From: Candidatus Woesearchaeota archaeon
GTDB lineage: Archaea > Nanobdellota > Nanobdellia > Woesearchaeales > GW2011-AR4
Assembly (NCBI GenBank): GCA_016181305.1
Contig: JACOZN010000013.1
Coordinates: 1-64,000 of the forward strand
DNA length: 64,000 bases
Reading direction: 5' to 3'
Shown: positions 1 to 8,438 of the stretch, piece by piece
How positions within the stretch are numbered: the stretch's first letter is position 1
Layout of the letters: every line of letters starts with the position of its first letter
Notes under the pieces: generated by a model
The model's input: the letters and a program-made list of their open reading frames with translations, nothing else
The model's database searches: none
Told to the model about the DNA's origin: nothing
Program-made: the position numbers and the translations under genes

Positions 1-99
1 CTTCGCTCCAGTCCCGAACTTGGTAACCCTTCTCTCAAAGAAGCCCTTAATGCCCTTTACGCTGATTTCATTAGAAATTGTTGTCTTTATCCTTCTCAT
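1..99 (-). CDS. small DUF2080-like (putative transposon-encoded, AbrB-like) protein, 5' part only, runs off the window
   Basis: Manual translation from ATG at 99: MRRIKTTISNEISVKGIKGFFERRVTKFGTGAK. The ERRVTKFGxGAK segment is typical of DUF2080-type proteins. Not in the ORF track. Confidence 0.55.
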   Translation of the reverse strand, partial: MRRIKTTISNEISVKGIKGFFERRVTKFGTGAK

Positions 100-221
100 G
101 GCAAAAACTCATTATTATCTTAATATATATAATATATATATTAACTATTTATAAACTTTTCGGTTAAATTTGTGATTTTCCAGAATTTTCTCAAAAACAC
201 AACAACTAACAAAAATCAAAA

Positions 222-273
222 AACGAGAGCGACTTTGGTCTGTAAGGGCTATAAAAGTAAACCGCTTTTGATG
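222..273 (+). repeat. dispersed structured motif, copy 1 of 4
   Basis: AAC GAGAGCG ACTTT GGTCTGTAAGGGCT AT AAAAGT AAAC CGCTTTT GATG; related copies at 28578-28628, 33248-33296 and 46879-46932. Confidence 0.85.
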
Positions 274-300
274 ATTAATAGAATTATACTAGTTTATATC

Positions 301-2331
301 TTATGGACTGATTAATTCCTGCTCAAAAACAGCATTCTGCCCCAGTGCGCCTTTCAGGAACAAGCTTCCTGTGCTGTTAACATAGGCAACAACCTGCTCA
401 TCCTTGTCCTGTATGATGAAAGAATTTGGCGTTGGCGCTAATAGCTCCTGATTTTCAAGCAGAGAGCCCTTAATCATCATGTTGCCTTCGGGGTTTGTAA
501 TGGCTAAATTCAAGCCGTTTGTGGAGTTCTGCACTATGAAGTCATTTTCGTCTGCAAACGGCTCAATGTTCGGTATCAGGACTCCTTTTATTTTCACATT
601 GCCAAGGCTGTCAAATACAGCCAGCTTATTGTTTGATGTGTCTCTTATCTCAAAGAAATTGACATCTGTTGGCTTTATTTCCCCGCTTATATTAATCATG
701 AATATGTTTGATACTGCAAAGCTTTCAGAGTCATTTGCAATTATGTAAGTGAACCTTGCTCCATTCACATTCCTGTCAGGCACTATTGTTGCTGTTTCAT
801 TCTCGAACAATATCGTTATGTTGTCAGCCTTGAAATAGCTGTAGGCCAAAATATCCCCGTCAGGGTCTGAAAAGTATTTGGACAGATTGATTGTTGCATT
901 TCCGTTTACTAAAATGTTGACGCCGCTGAAATTCTGCAGCAATACGGGAGGCTGGTTAACCACATCTGATATAACAGAATACTTAATCCTGTCAATCCTC
1001 AAAATGGCATTGTCTTCTATTTCAAATACAAGGCTGTAGGAGCTTTTGTTCAGGCCGGTTAAAGCGCATGTTTCCAGGCAAATGCCTGAAAACAAAGTTT
1101 CCTCTTCAAAGAACTTGGCGCTTAAATTGCCCCATTCAGAGTAGTATATTTCAGATTTTGGGTTGTCAATGCTTGTGTTTACATCATAGTAAAGCACTTG
1201 CGCAGAAACAATGTTGTTGTGGGCAGCGCCATCCTTGCCGAACGTTGAGTAATAGACATCATTCCAGTTGCTGCTGGTTGGCAAAAGGCTCACAAATGCG
1301 CAGCAGTCATTGTTGCCATTGCACAAAGTTGTCAGTTTGTCGTCCTCAAAGCTGTAAATTTCCCACCTTGTGCATAATCTGCTTTTGTCGGCATCCCAGC
1401 TAAACAAAGAGTCTTCAGCCGTCAAGTCAACAACACCATTAACGCTTTCCTCGCCGTTGTCATTAGCATCATAAACAGTGCCTGATTTATAGGCAAGATT
1501 TATCGCTATGGTTTTTGCAGTTATATTGGTCTGATTTGTTATGTTCGTTATAGTCTCATTAATTGTCGGCGTGATATTCAATGTTTGGTTTATCGTCTCG
1601 TTTATCGGTATTGTTATGTTTATCGTCTCGTTTGTCTGGTTTATAGCTGGAGTTTCATTTAAAGGCAGCGTTATATTCGCTGCAACACCTGTTTGCTCGG
1701 CAATCACTATCAAATTAACAACCTGGCTTTTGCTGTCAACTCCGTCAGAAGCTGTGAATATTATTGTTGTGTTGAATTCTGTACCCAGTATTGGGGTTAA
1801 TGTTGCAATCTCGTCTACTATAGCAGCTGCAATTCCGTCAGCATCAGAGGCAGAATAAACCATGGCGTCATTATCGTCGTCTATAAACTGCTGCGACAAG
1901 TTTATCTGGGTTGTTCCATTTATTATAAACTCATTTGCTCCAACCCATTTCGGCTTTTTGTTTTTGTCCTTCTTTTCCCCGTCAACGACAAAGCCCGTTA
2001 TCAAGTTTGACCCGTTTGCTGCTGCCTTGGTCTCATTCAGCATTGCGCTGTCAAATATCAAATGCCTGATGCCGTTGCTTTCCAAGTACACTCTTGCTTT
2101 GCCGTAGTTTGTAATGCTGCCGTCTATACTGGCTGATTTCAAGTCCCCGATATTGCCCAATTGCCAGGTATAATTGCCGCTCGACGTGACAACCAAATTC
2201 AAGTCTTCTGTGTAGCTGAATTCTTTTGTTACAAAGCCGGTTATAGTCGGGCCAAGATAATACAGCCCAATACTTACTATAATCAATATAGCCAAAAGCA
2301 TCAATAACCACTTTTTATTGTAGTCTGTCAA
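301..2331 (-). CDS. large secreted or membrane-anchored surface protein with cadherin/Ig-like repeats
   Basis: N-terminal TM/signal segment; two cadherin-like motifs (FIDDDNDAMVYS, YFSDPDGDILAYS); NxT-rich linker; three C-terminal beta repeats ending GNxxIKG or GSLFLKG. TTG start overlaps the upstream stop. Confidence 0.8.
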   Translation of the reverse strand: MTDYNKKWLLMLLAILIIVSIGLYYLGPTITGFVTKEFSYTEDLNLVVTSSGNYTWQLGNIGDLKSASIDGSITNYGKARVYLESNGIRHLIFDSAMLNETKAAANGSNLITGFVVDGEKKDKNKKPKWVGANEFIINGTTQINLSQQFIDDDNDAMVYSASDADGIAAAIVDEIATLTPILGTEFNTTIIFTASDGVDSKSQVVNLIVIAEQTGVAANITLPLNETPAINQTNETINITIPINETINQTLNITPTINETITNITNQTNITAKTIAINLAYKSGTVYDANDNGEESVNGVVDLTAEDSLFSWDADKSRLCTRWEIYSFEDDKLTTLCNGNNDCCAFVSLLPTSSNWNDVYYSTFGKDGAAHNNIVSAQVLYYDVNTSIDNPKSEIYYSEWGNLSAKFFEEETLFSGICLETCALTGLNKSSYSLVFEIEDNAILRIDRIKYSVISDVVNQPPVLLQNFSGVNILVNGNATINLSKYFSDPDGDILAYSYFKADNITILFENETATIVPDRNVNGARFTYIIANDSESFAVSNIFMINISGEIKPTDVNFFEIRDTSNNKLAVFDSLGNVKIKGVLIPNIEPFADENDFIVQNSTNGLNLAITNPEGNMMIKGSLLENQELLAPTPNSFIIQDKDEQVVAYVNSTGSLFLKGALGQNAVFEQELISP

Positions 2332-2849
2332 TGTTTCATTCCTCTCTTCATTTTTACCCTGTCATACACCGTCCATATAGTCCTATCATCAAGGCGCAGC
2401 ATTAATGCAACTTCATGGTTTGAATAGCCTAAATCCTTGATAAACCCGACAAGGCTTTCCAGAGTTGAAAATTTCCTGCCTGCGAAAACAGAGACCGGAA
2501 TAAAAATTTCATTTGAAATCGAGCCAAAAGTAGACGGCATTTTCCTTGCAGCATTGTGGTATGTTGCCCAGATTGTCTTGCTGCTCCTGTTGAGCAGCCT
2601 TGCAATTTTTGCAAGCCTGAGCTTTTGAGCCTCTTTCAGATACTTGACAATGGCTTCAAGGGAGCTTAAGGCATCGTTGCCAAAAATCCCGATAGGAATT
2701 GCCACTTCTTTTTTTCCAAGGATTTCCTGCTCGGTAATCTCGTGCAGGCTTTTCAACTCATCAATAAAATAAGAAACCAGCTGAAGCTTGTGCTCTTTTG
2801 AAAGCCCGTTAAACCTGGAAATAATCTTAGCAGATTCACTCTCCATCAT
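2328..2849 (-). CDS. DNA-binding protein with duplicated HTH (sigma70 region 4-like) modules
   Basis: Two internal repeats: IPIGIF..LSSLEAIVKYLK..IARLLNRSSKTIWATY and IPVSVF..FSTLESLVGFIK..VALMLRLDDRTIWTVY. Confidence 0.8.
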   Translation of the reverse strand: MMESESAKIISRFNGLSKEHKLQLVSYFIDELKSLHEITEQEILGKKEVAIPIGIFGNDALSSLEAIVKYLKEAQKLRLAKIARLLNRSSKTIWATYHNAARKMPSTFGSISNEIFIPVSVFAGRKFSTLESLVGFIKDLGYSNHEVALMLRLDDRTIWTVYDRVKMKRGMKH

Positions 2850-2867
2850 TTTTAAGCTCCAATCTAT

Positions 2868-3080
2868 CTTATTATATAAGAATTTATATATAAATCTTTC
2901 TTTTAAGTTAATAAAAACTTGTTATGTAGGAATTTTATCCTATTTTATAGGTTTAAGCTTTCTTATAATTTTAGTATTTTTTCTTATTATATAAGATTAA
3001 TTTCTTATTATATAAGTAATATTCTTATTATATAAGTATATACTTCCTATTAAATAAGTAAAATATCCTATTATATAAGA
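2868..3080. promoter_or_regulatory. phased array of 13-bp palindromes C(T/C)TAT-N3-ATA(A/G)G, probable operator array
   Basis: Sites start at 2868, 2918, 2939, 2962 (degenerate), 2983, 3004, 3024, 3046 and 3068. Spacing from 2918 onward is 20-23 bp. Located between divergent genes. Confidence 0.75.
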
Positions 3081-3144
3081 TAAAAAACTGATTGTTGAGC
3101 ATAAAAACATAGTTTATTAAACATTATAATTTCCAGATCTGAAA

Positions 3145-4059
3145 ATGAAGCACACAATTCAGGTAACCCTTGCCTTGGTTTTATTTTTCTTTCTGGCGCA
3201 GTTTACAGGGCTTCTCATAGTCAATGAATACATTGACCATAAAAAAACAACCGAGGCAAAAGCCATAGTAATGAAGCCGCTGCCATACGGCCTGGAAAGG
3301 CCTGAAGTCAAAAACCAGTCGACATCATTCTTGTACATAATAACAGCGATACTCATTGGAACAGGAATTATGCTGATTATTGCCAAGGCAAACATAACCA
3401 TAATATGGAAACTGATGTTTTTCGTTGCTGTTTCTGTCACATTATCGGTTGCGTTTGCGGCTTTCCTGAACGTCTATATTGCAGGCATTCTTGCAGTTGC
3501 AATATCAATTTTTAGGCTGTACAAGCCGAATATTGTAATCCACAATCTTTCTGAGATATTTATTTACGGCGGCATAGCTGCAATCATGGTAAACATCTTC
3601 AATTTGTTTGCGGCATTCATGCTCCTGATATTGATATCAATCTATGACTACATATCGGTTTTCAAGACAAAGCACATGATAAAGCTTGCAAAGTTCCAGA
3701 GCAAAGCAAGGGTTTTTGCCGGATTGTTTATTCCTTATGGCAAAGAAAAACCGGCTGGCAAAGAAATCTTGGGACGCGAGCCTGTTAAAGCGCAAAAATC
3801 TATGCCAAAAAGCTCTGTCGCTGTCCTCGGCGGAGGCGATATCGGCTTTACGCTGATTTTTGCAGGTGTTGTGATGAAGAGCCTGATGCTCAAAGAAACA
3901 ATACTGGCAGGATTCCTAAAGACATTGATAATACCAATTTTTGTAAGCATTGCTTTGCTGATTCTGCTTATTAAAGGGAAGGAAAACAAGTTTTATCCTG
4001 CAATGCCTGTGCTAAGCCTTGGATGCTTTTTGGGTTATCTGGCTGTTTTGGCTGTTTGA
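3145..4059 (+). CDS. presenilin/signal peptide peptidase family GxGD intramembrane aspartyl protease
   Basis: Multi-TM protein with YD (IYDYISVF), LGGGD and PAMP motifs. Confidence 0.92.
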   Translation: MKHTIQVTLALVLFFFLAQFTGLLIVNEYIDHKKTTEAKAIVMKPLPYGLERPEVKNQSTSFLYIITAILIGTGIMLIIAKANITIIWKLMFFVAVSVTLSVAFAAFLNVYIAGILAVAISIFRLYKPNIVIHNLSEIFIYGGIAAIMVNIFNLFAAFMLLILISIYDYISVFKTKHMIKLAKFQSKARVFAGLFIPYGKEKPAGKEILGREPVKAQKSMPKSSVAVLGGGDIGFTLIFAGVVMKSLMLKETILAGFLKTLIIPIFVSIALLILLIKGKENKFYPAMPVLSLGCFLGYLAVLAV

Positions 4060-4096
4060 GATGGCAATATTTAAAACCTGCCGCATATTCTACACC

Positions 4097-4371
4097 ATGG
4101 GAGGACTCTGCCGGGAAGCTAGCACTCTCCTGTCAGCGCAAATGTGCTTCAGGCGCGGTGAAGCTTTGGGAGCAGCCAAAGTTGTTGCAACTTAGTCTTG
4201 CTGCTGGCGTCGAAGCTCTGCCTTGTAGGACTTGTGCTTTTGAAAATCCGTAAGGTTCGGAAGAAAGCAGCGGTAATCTTGGGCATTGGTGCTTATGAGC
4301 CACAGAGTGGAGCTTGGAGCAAGGCAGCTAACTGCAATGGCTTTTGCCCATTTCTGAGCATGTCCTCCTAT
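4097..4371 (+). ncRNA. ffs: signal recognition particle (7S) RNA
   Basis: Helix 8 motif CCG-TAAGG-TTC-GGAA-GAA-AGCA-GCGG at 4248-4273; terminal helix ATGGGAGGAC / GTCCTCCTAT. Confidence 0.88.
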
Positions 4372-4407
4372 CTTATTTTAATTTAAAAGAGATGTGCTAA
4401 AATTGAT

Positions 4408-4686
4408 ATGATATTTATGAAAATGGTTTATGCAAGGCTATGGTTTAAAAAATACATAAAACACAACCATGCTAAATTTGATGACAAAACATTCAATCAC
4501 AAATTAAATTTGGCTATTGTAAATCTTTCGCATAGAGTCTATAAATCTCATGGACTTAGAGGTCATAATGGAAGGCAAAGGATAAGGAAATTACTCTGGA
4601 ATTATAGCAATATGGAATTAAAAAAATATCGTCCATCTATTATTAACAAAATAGTAAGTTATCTGAAGAGAGTTATTGGATTTTAG
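4408..4686 (+). CDS. hypothetical basic protein
   Basis: 92-aa AT-rich ORF with no recognised motif. Confidence 0.45.
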   Translation: MIFMKMVYARLWFKKYIKHNHAKFDDKTFNHKLNLAIVNLSHRVYKSHGLRGHNGRQRIRKLLWNYSNMELKKYRPSIINKIVSYLKRVIGF

Positions 4687-4715
4687 AAAGCGTGACTACA
4701 TTAACCTCAAATAAA

Positions 4716-5681
4716 ATGCAGCTCATCTACAATAAAATCTTCCTTGAGCATAAGGCAGAAATCCATCCTGAATGTCCTGAAAGGCTGCTTGCTTTTGGTA
4801 ATTTAGAGGAATCAGAAATTGAGAATGGAGAAAAATACCTGCAATTAATATACGATAAAAATTATATCGAAAAAATAAAAAATGCTTCTAAACAAGGATT
4901 AAACCTTGACGCTGACACTTACACAAACAGCAAAAGCTACGAGGTTGCCTGCTATGCGGCAGGGGCTGCAATAAAAGCGGCAAAAGAGAGCAATTTTGCA
5001 TTGATAAGGCCGCCAGGGCACCATGCGACTGCAGGCAAGGCAATGGGATTCTGCCTTTTCAACAATATTGCGATTGCGTGCAAGTGGCTTAATGAAAGGG
5101 GCAAAAAGGTTTTGGTTGTGGATTTTGACGGGCATCACGGGAACGGTACGCAGGAAATTTTTTACAAAACTGATAAAGTGCTGTACTTATCAACTCACCA
5201 GTATCCAGCATACCCCGGAACCGGCTGGATTAATGAAATCGGAGAGGGAAAAGGAAGGTATTTCACAATAAACATTCCAATGCCGTCTTACACAAGCGAT
5301 GACATTCTTATCGATACTTTAACAAAAATAATACCAGTTATTAAAGAGCAATACAAGCCCGATGTAGCGGCTGTCTCTGCAGGATTTGACGGGCACAAGG
5401 ATGATCCGCTGCTACAACTTAATCTGACTGTTAATTCGTATTATGAGGCTGGTAAACTGCTATCAAGCAGCTTCAAAAATGTCTTTGCATGCCTCGAAGG
5501 CGGCTATAATATTGAGGCTCTGCCCCATTGCGTATCTGCTTTTTTACGGGGCATCAATAACCAGAAGATGAACCTTAAATTTAGGGAATCTGCGACTGCA
5601 TCAGCAGCCAATGTCCAGCGTGAATTTGATTCCAGAATTAAGAGCTTAAAACCGAGTCATGACGGATTTTGGGATTTCTGA
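4716..5681 (+). CDS. histone deacetylase / acetoin utilization family deacetylase
   Basis: HPECPERL, RPPGHHA, GFCLFNN, DFDGHHGNGTQ, SAGFDGH and LEGGY motifs. Confidence 0.95.
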   Translation: MQLIYNKIFLEHKAEIHPECPERLLAFGNLEESEIENGEKYLQLIYDKNYIEKIKNASKQGLNLDADTYTNSKSYEVACYAAGAAIKAAKESNFALIRPPGHHATAGKAMGFCLFNNIAIACKWLNERGKKVLVVDFDGHHGNGTQEIFYKTDKVLYLSTHQYPAYPGTGWINEIGEGKGRYFTINIPMPSYTSDDILIDTLTKIIPVIKEQYKPDVAAVSAGFDGHKDDPLLQLNLTVNSYYEAGKLLSSSFKNVFACLEGGYNIEALPHCVSAFLRGINNQKMNLKFRESATASAANVQREFDSRIKSLKPSHDGFWDF

Positions 5682-6638
5682 CTATTTAAAATGGTCAAAC
5701 CCGCTTTTTAACCTGAATTCTTTATTGTTTTTAACCAATTTAATCCCGTACTTTTTATCAACGATCTTCCCGATAACCTTAACATCATATTTTTTAAGCT
5801 GCTTTAATTTTGATTTATCCGCAGTAAAAACCAGTTCAAAATCCTCCCCCCCGTAAAGGGCAAAATCAAGCGGATTTTTGTTCAGCTTTTTGGCGTCATT
5901 TATTGTGTTTTTTGACATTGGGATTTTGTCGGCATAAATGACTGCGCCGACTTTTGATTCATGGCAAATATGCCCTATTTCAGATGCAATGCCATCGCTT
6001 ATGTCAATCATCGAGTTGATTCCGATTTTGGCCAATTTCCTTGCCAAATCCAATCTTGCACACGGTTCAAGATGTTTTTTTATTGATTTTCCTTTTTTAT
6101 TATTTTTTAATAATTCCAATCCAACAGCGGATTTCCCGGCATCGCCGCTGCAAAAAACCAAGTCGCTGATTCTTGCGCCGCTCCTTAATGCCAAATACTT
6201 GTTTTCGACAAAGCCCGCCAAAAAAATGCCTACCACCACCTTACTCGATTGCGATAAATCCCCCCCGACAACGCTTATTTTGTATTTTCCAGATTTTTTG
6301 TTGATTCCCCTGTATAGCCTGTCAACAAAATCCACTTCAGTATTTTTGGGCAGGGCCAATGAAACAAGGGCGTACTTCGGCAAACCGCCCATGGAAGCGA
6401 TGTCGCTCACATTCTGCTCAATTGCCCTTGCCCCAATCTGCTCCGGGGTTGAATGTTTCAAGGAAAAGTGAACATCCTGCACAAGCATGTCAGTCTTCAA
6501 GAGCAGATATTTTTTGCCGTATTTTAAAACAGCAGAATCGTCTCCTATTCCCAGTATGACATCTTTAGAGAATAATCTTACATTTTTTTTAATCCTCTCA
6601 ATAAGCCCGAATTCACCCCCAATGCCTTTGATTTTCAT
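5682..6638 (-). CDS. thiL: thiamine-monophosphate kinase
   Basis: GIGDDSAV, NVSDIASMGG, GGD, MIDISDG and GGEDFELVFT motifs. Confidence 0.95.
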   Translation of the reverse strand: MKIKGIGGEFGLIERIKKNVRLFSKDVILGIGDDSAVLKYGKKYLLLKTDMLVQDVHFSLKHSTPEQIGARAIEQNVSDIASMGGLPKYALVSLALPKNTEVDFVDRLYRGINKKSGKYKISVVGGDLSQSSKVVVGIFLAGFVENKYLALRSGARISDLVFCSGDAGKSAVGLELLKNNKKGKSIKKHLEPCARLDLARKLAKIGINSMIDISDGIASEIGHICHESKVGAVIYADKIPMSKNTINDAKKLNKNPLDFALYGGEDFELVFTADKSKLKQLKKYDVKVIGKIVDKKYGIKLVKNNKEFRLKSGFDHFK

Positions 6639-6659
6639 ATTCTTTAAATTATATAAACT

Positions 6660-7556
6660 TCAAATAAAAGTCAGCCATTTAAAGTACTTCTTGTCTTTTC
6701 CTCTTACAATATCCATGTATTTGTTTTTTATCCTTAAAGTAACCTCGCCTGCCTTGCCGTCCCAGATTTTTTTATTGTTAACCTCAACAACAGGCGCTAC
6801 CTCTGTTGCAGTCCCGCAAAAGAACACTTCGTCGGCATTTTCCACTTCGTTTAGCCTGACTTTTCTTTCATAAGCCCCGATGCCCATATCTTTGCTTATC
6901 TCAAGTATGGAATTTCTTGTTATCCCGTGCAATGCGCTCCTGCTGTTTGGGGTTATCAAGCAGCCGTTTTTGACAATGAATATGTTTTCAGCAGGGCCTT
7001 CTGCCACATAGCCTTTTTCATCCAGCATCAGAGCCTCGTCATAGCCCTTTTTCCTCGCCTCGTACATAGCAAGAATTGAATTTGCATAGTTGCCTCCTAT
7101 TTTTGTACCAAAAACAGCTGATTTTTCGGAATGCCTTCTGAAATTTGAAGCTATAATCCTTAAGTCCTTTGAGTAATAATGCTCCCATGGAATTGCCACA
7201 AGCGCCACATCAGTCGGTACACCTTTCGGGAAAATGCCAATTGGGCCGTAGCCATAGTAAGCCAGTGGCCTAATGTAGCCATTGCCTATATTATTTCTCC
7301 TGACAAGCTCTTTTACTGCTTTTTTTATCTGCTTTTTTGTAAAACCCAGCTTCATGCTCAGAGCATCAGCAGAATTAAAAAACCTGTTAATGTGATCGTC
7401 AAGCCTGAACATAGCCGTGCCTTTTCCTGCTTTGTAAGAATGAATCCCCTCAAATATAGAGCTTCCATAGTGCAGCGCATGGGTTAGAATATGCACCTTT
7501 GCATCCTGCCATTTCACAAATTTCCCGCCCATCCAGGCGAATCTGGCTTTGCTCAT
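6660..7556 (-). CDS. ilvE: branched-chain amino acid aminotransferase (class IV PLP)
   Basis: HALHYGSSIFEGI, YIRPL, KIGGNY, EGPAENIF, LHGITR and GTATEVAPV. ATG overlaps the nadK stop. Confidence 0.95.
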   Translation of the reverse strand: MSKARFAWMGGKFVKWQDAKVHILTHALHYGSSIFEGIHSYKAGKGTAMFRLDDHINRFFNSADALSMKLGFTKKQIKKAVKELVRRNNIGNGYIRPLAYYGYGPIGIFPKGVPTDVALVAIPWEHYYSKDLRIIASNFRRHSEKSAVFGTKIGGNYANSILAMYEARKKGYDEALMLDEKGYVAEGPAENIFIVKNGCLITPNSRSALHGITRNSILEISKDMGIGAYERKVRLNEVENADEVFFCGTATEVAPVVEVNNKKIWDGKAGEVTLRIKNKYMDIVRGKDKKYFKWLTFI

Positions 7557-8341
7557 TCCCACACCGCGCTAAGATGCCTGCTGGACAGCCTTACAGAAAC
7601 CCTGCTTCCGCTCTTAAGGAAGTGCTCTCTGCCTACAGAGTCCGCAACAAGTATGCCGTCAAGCATCTCTGAAACTGCATCAACTTTTTGGGCTTTGCCC
7701 AGCACCCCATATTTCAGCCTGTAATTCTTGAAAACCTTTCCTTCATAAGGCTCCCTCACAACAAACTGGTATTTTTTTGAGCTCAACGGCAGTGTTTTGC
7801 CGCAGCAGGACTTTGCCCATGCGTAGCTTCCTGTCGGGGTTGCCACCAGAATGCCGCTGCTTTTCTGCCTTTCTTTCCTTTTGCCTATTTTGATGACGTA
7901 TTTAGCGGCATGATAGGATTTCCTTGCCCCTATAAAAAATTCATTCAGCGCAAGGCTGTCAATTTTTTTGCCGTTTATGCAAGCCTCGAGCCTTGGCAAT
8001 TTCCTGACATTAGCTGTGCCATTCATGATTTTTTTCAGCTTTTCTGCAAAATTGCTTTTGTCGGCTTTCATGAAAAACCCCTCCTTGTTTTTTACGTCGG
8101 CGTTCACTCCGAGCAAAACCTGCCTGCCGATAAAATGAGCAGCCCTCAGGAAAGTCCCGTCGCCTCCGACAGCAATAACCAACTCAATACCTTCAAGCTT
8201 ATTTTTGCCTAACTTGTCCCTGTTTGCAAGCCTGTAGTTAATTTTATGCTTTTTTAATATATCTTTTACCTTGCCCAAAGTTGATTTCTGCTCTTTTGTT
8301 GATGGCGGCGTGTAGATTATAATGGTATTGCTTATTTTCAT
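7553..8341 (-). CDS. nadK: NAD kinase
   Basis: GGDGTFL, ALNE and SSGILVATPTGS motifs. Start uncertain (8341 or 8365). Confidence 0.9.
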   Translation of the reverse strand: MKISNTIIIYTPPSTKEQKSTLGKVKDILKKHKINYRLANRDKLGKNKLEGIELVIAVGGDGTFLRAAHFIGRQVLLGVNADVKNKEGFFMKADKSNFAEKLKKIMNGTANVRKLPRLEACINGKKIDSLALNEFFIGARKSYHAAKYVIKIGKRKERQKSSGILVATPTGSYAWAKSCCGKTLPLSSKKYQFVVREPYEGKVFKNYRLKYGVLGKAQKVDAVSEMLDGILVADSVGREHFLKSGSRVSVRLSSRHLSAVWE

Positions 8342-8438
8342 AGCGTTTATTAAATTAAATATCATTTATATGCTTTATTGTTTTTTAGTGAAAGACACAA
8401 TATTCAGGACAGTATAGATGTCAACTAGAATAATTGCC

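Noticed and set aside
2983-3080. Regular repeats as a CRISPR array
   Set aside because: Units are 13 bp with 7-9 bp gaps, far below repeat and spacer sizes, and no cas genes are present.
4023-4386. ORFs 4023-4253 and 4198-4386
   Set aside because: They overlap the SRP RNA and have no protein motifs.
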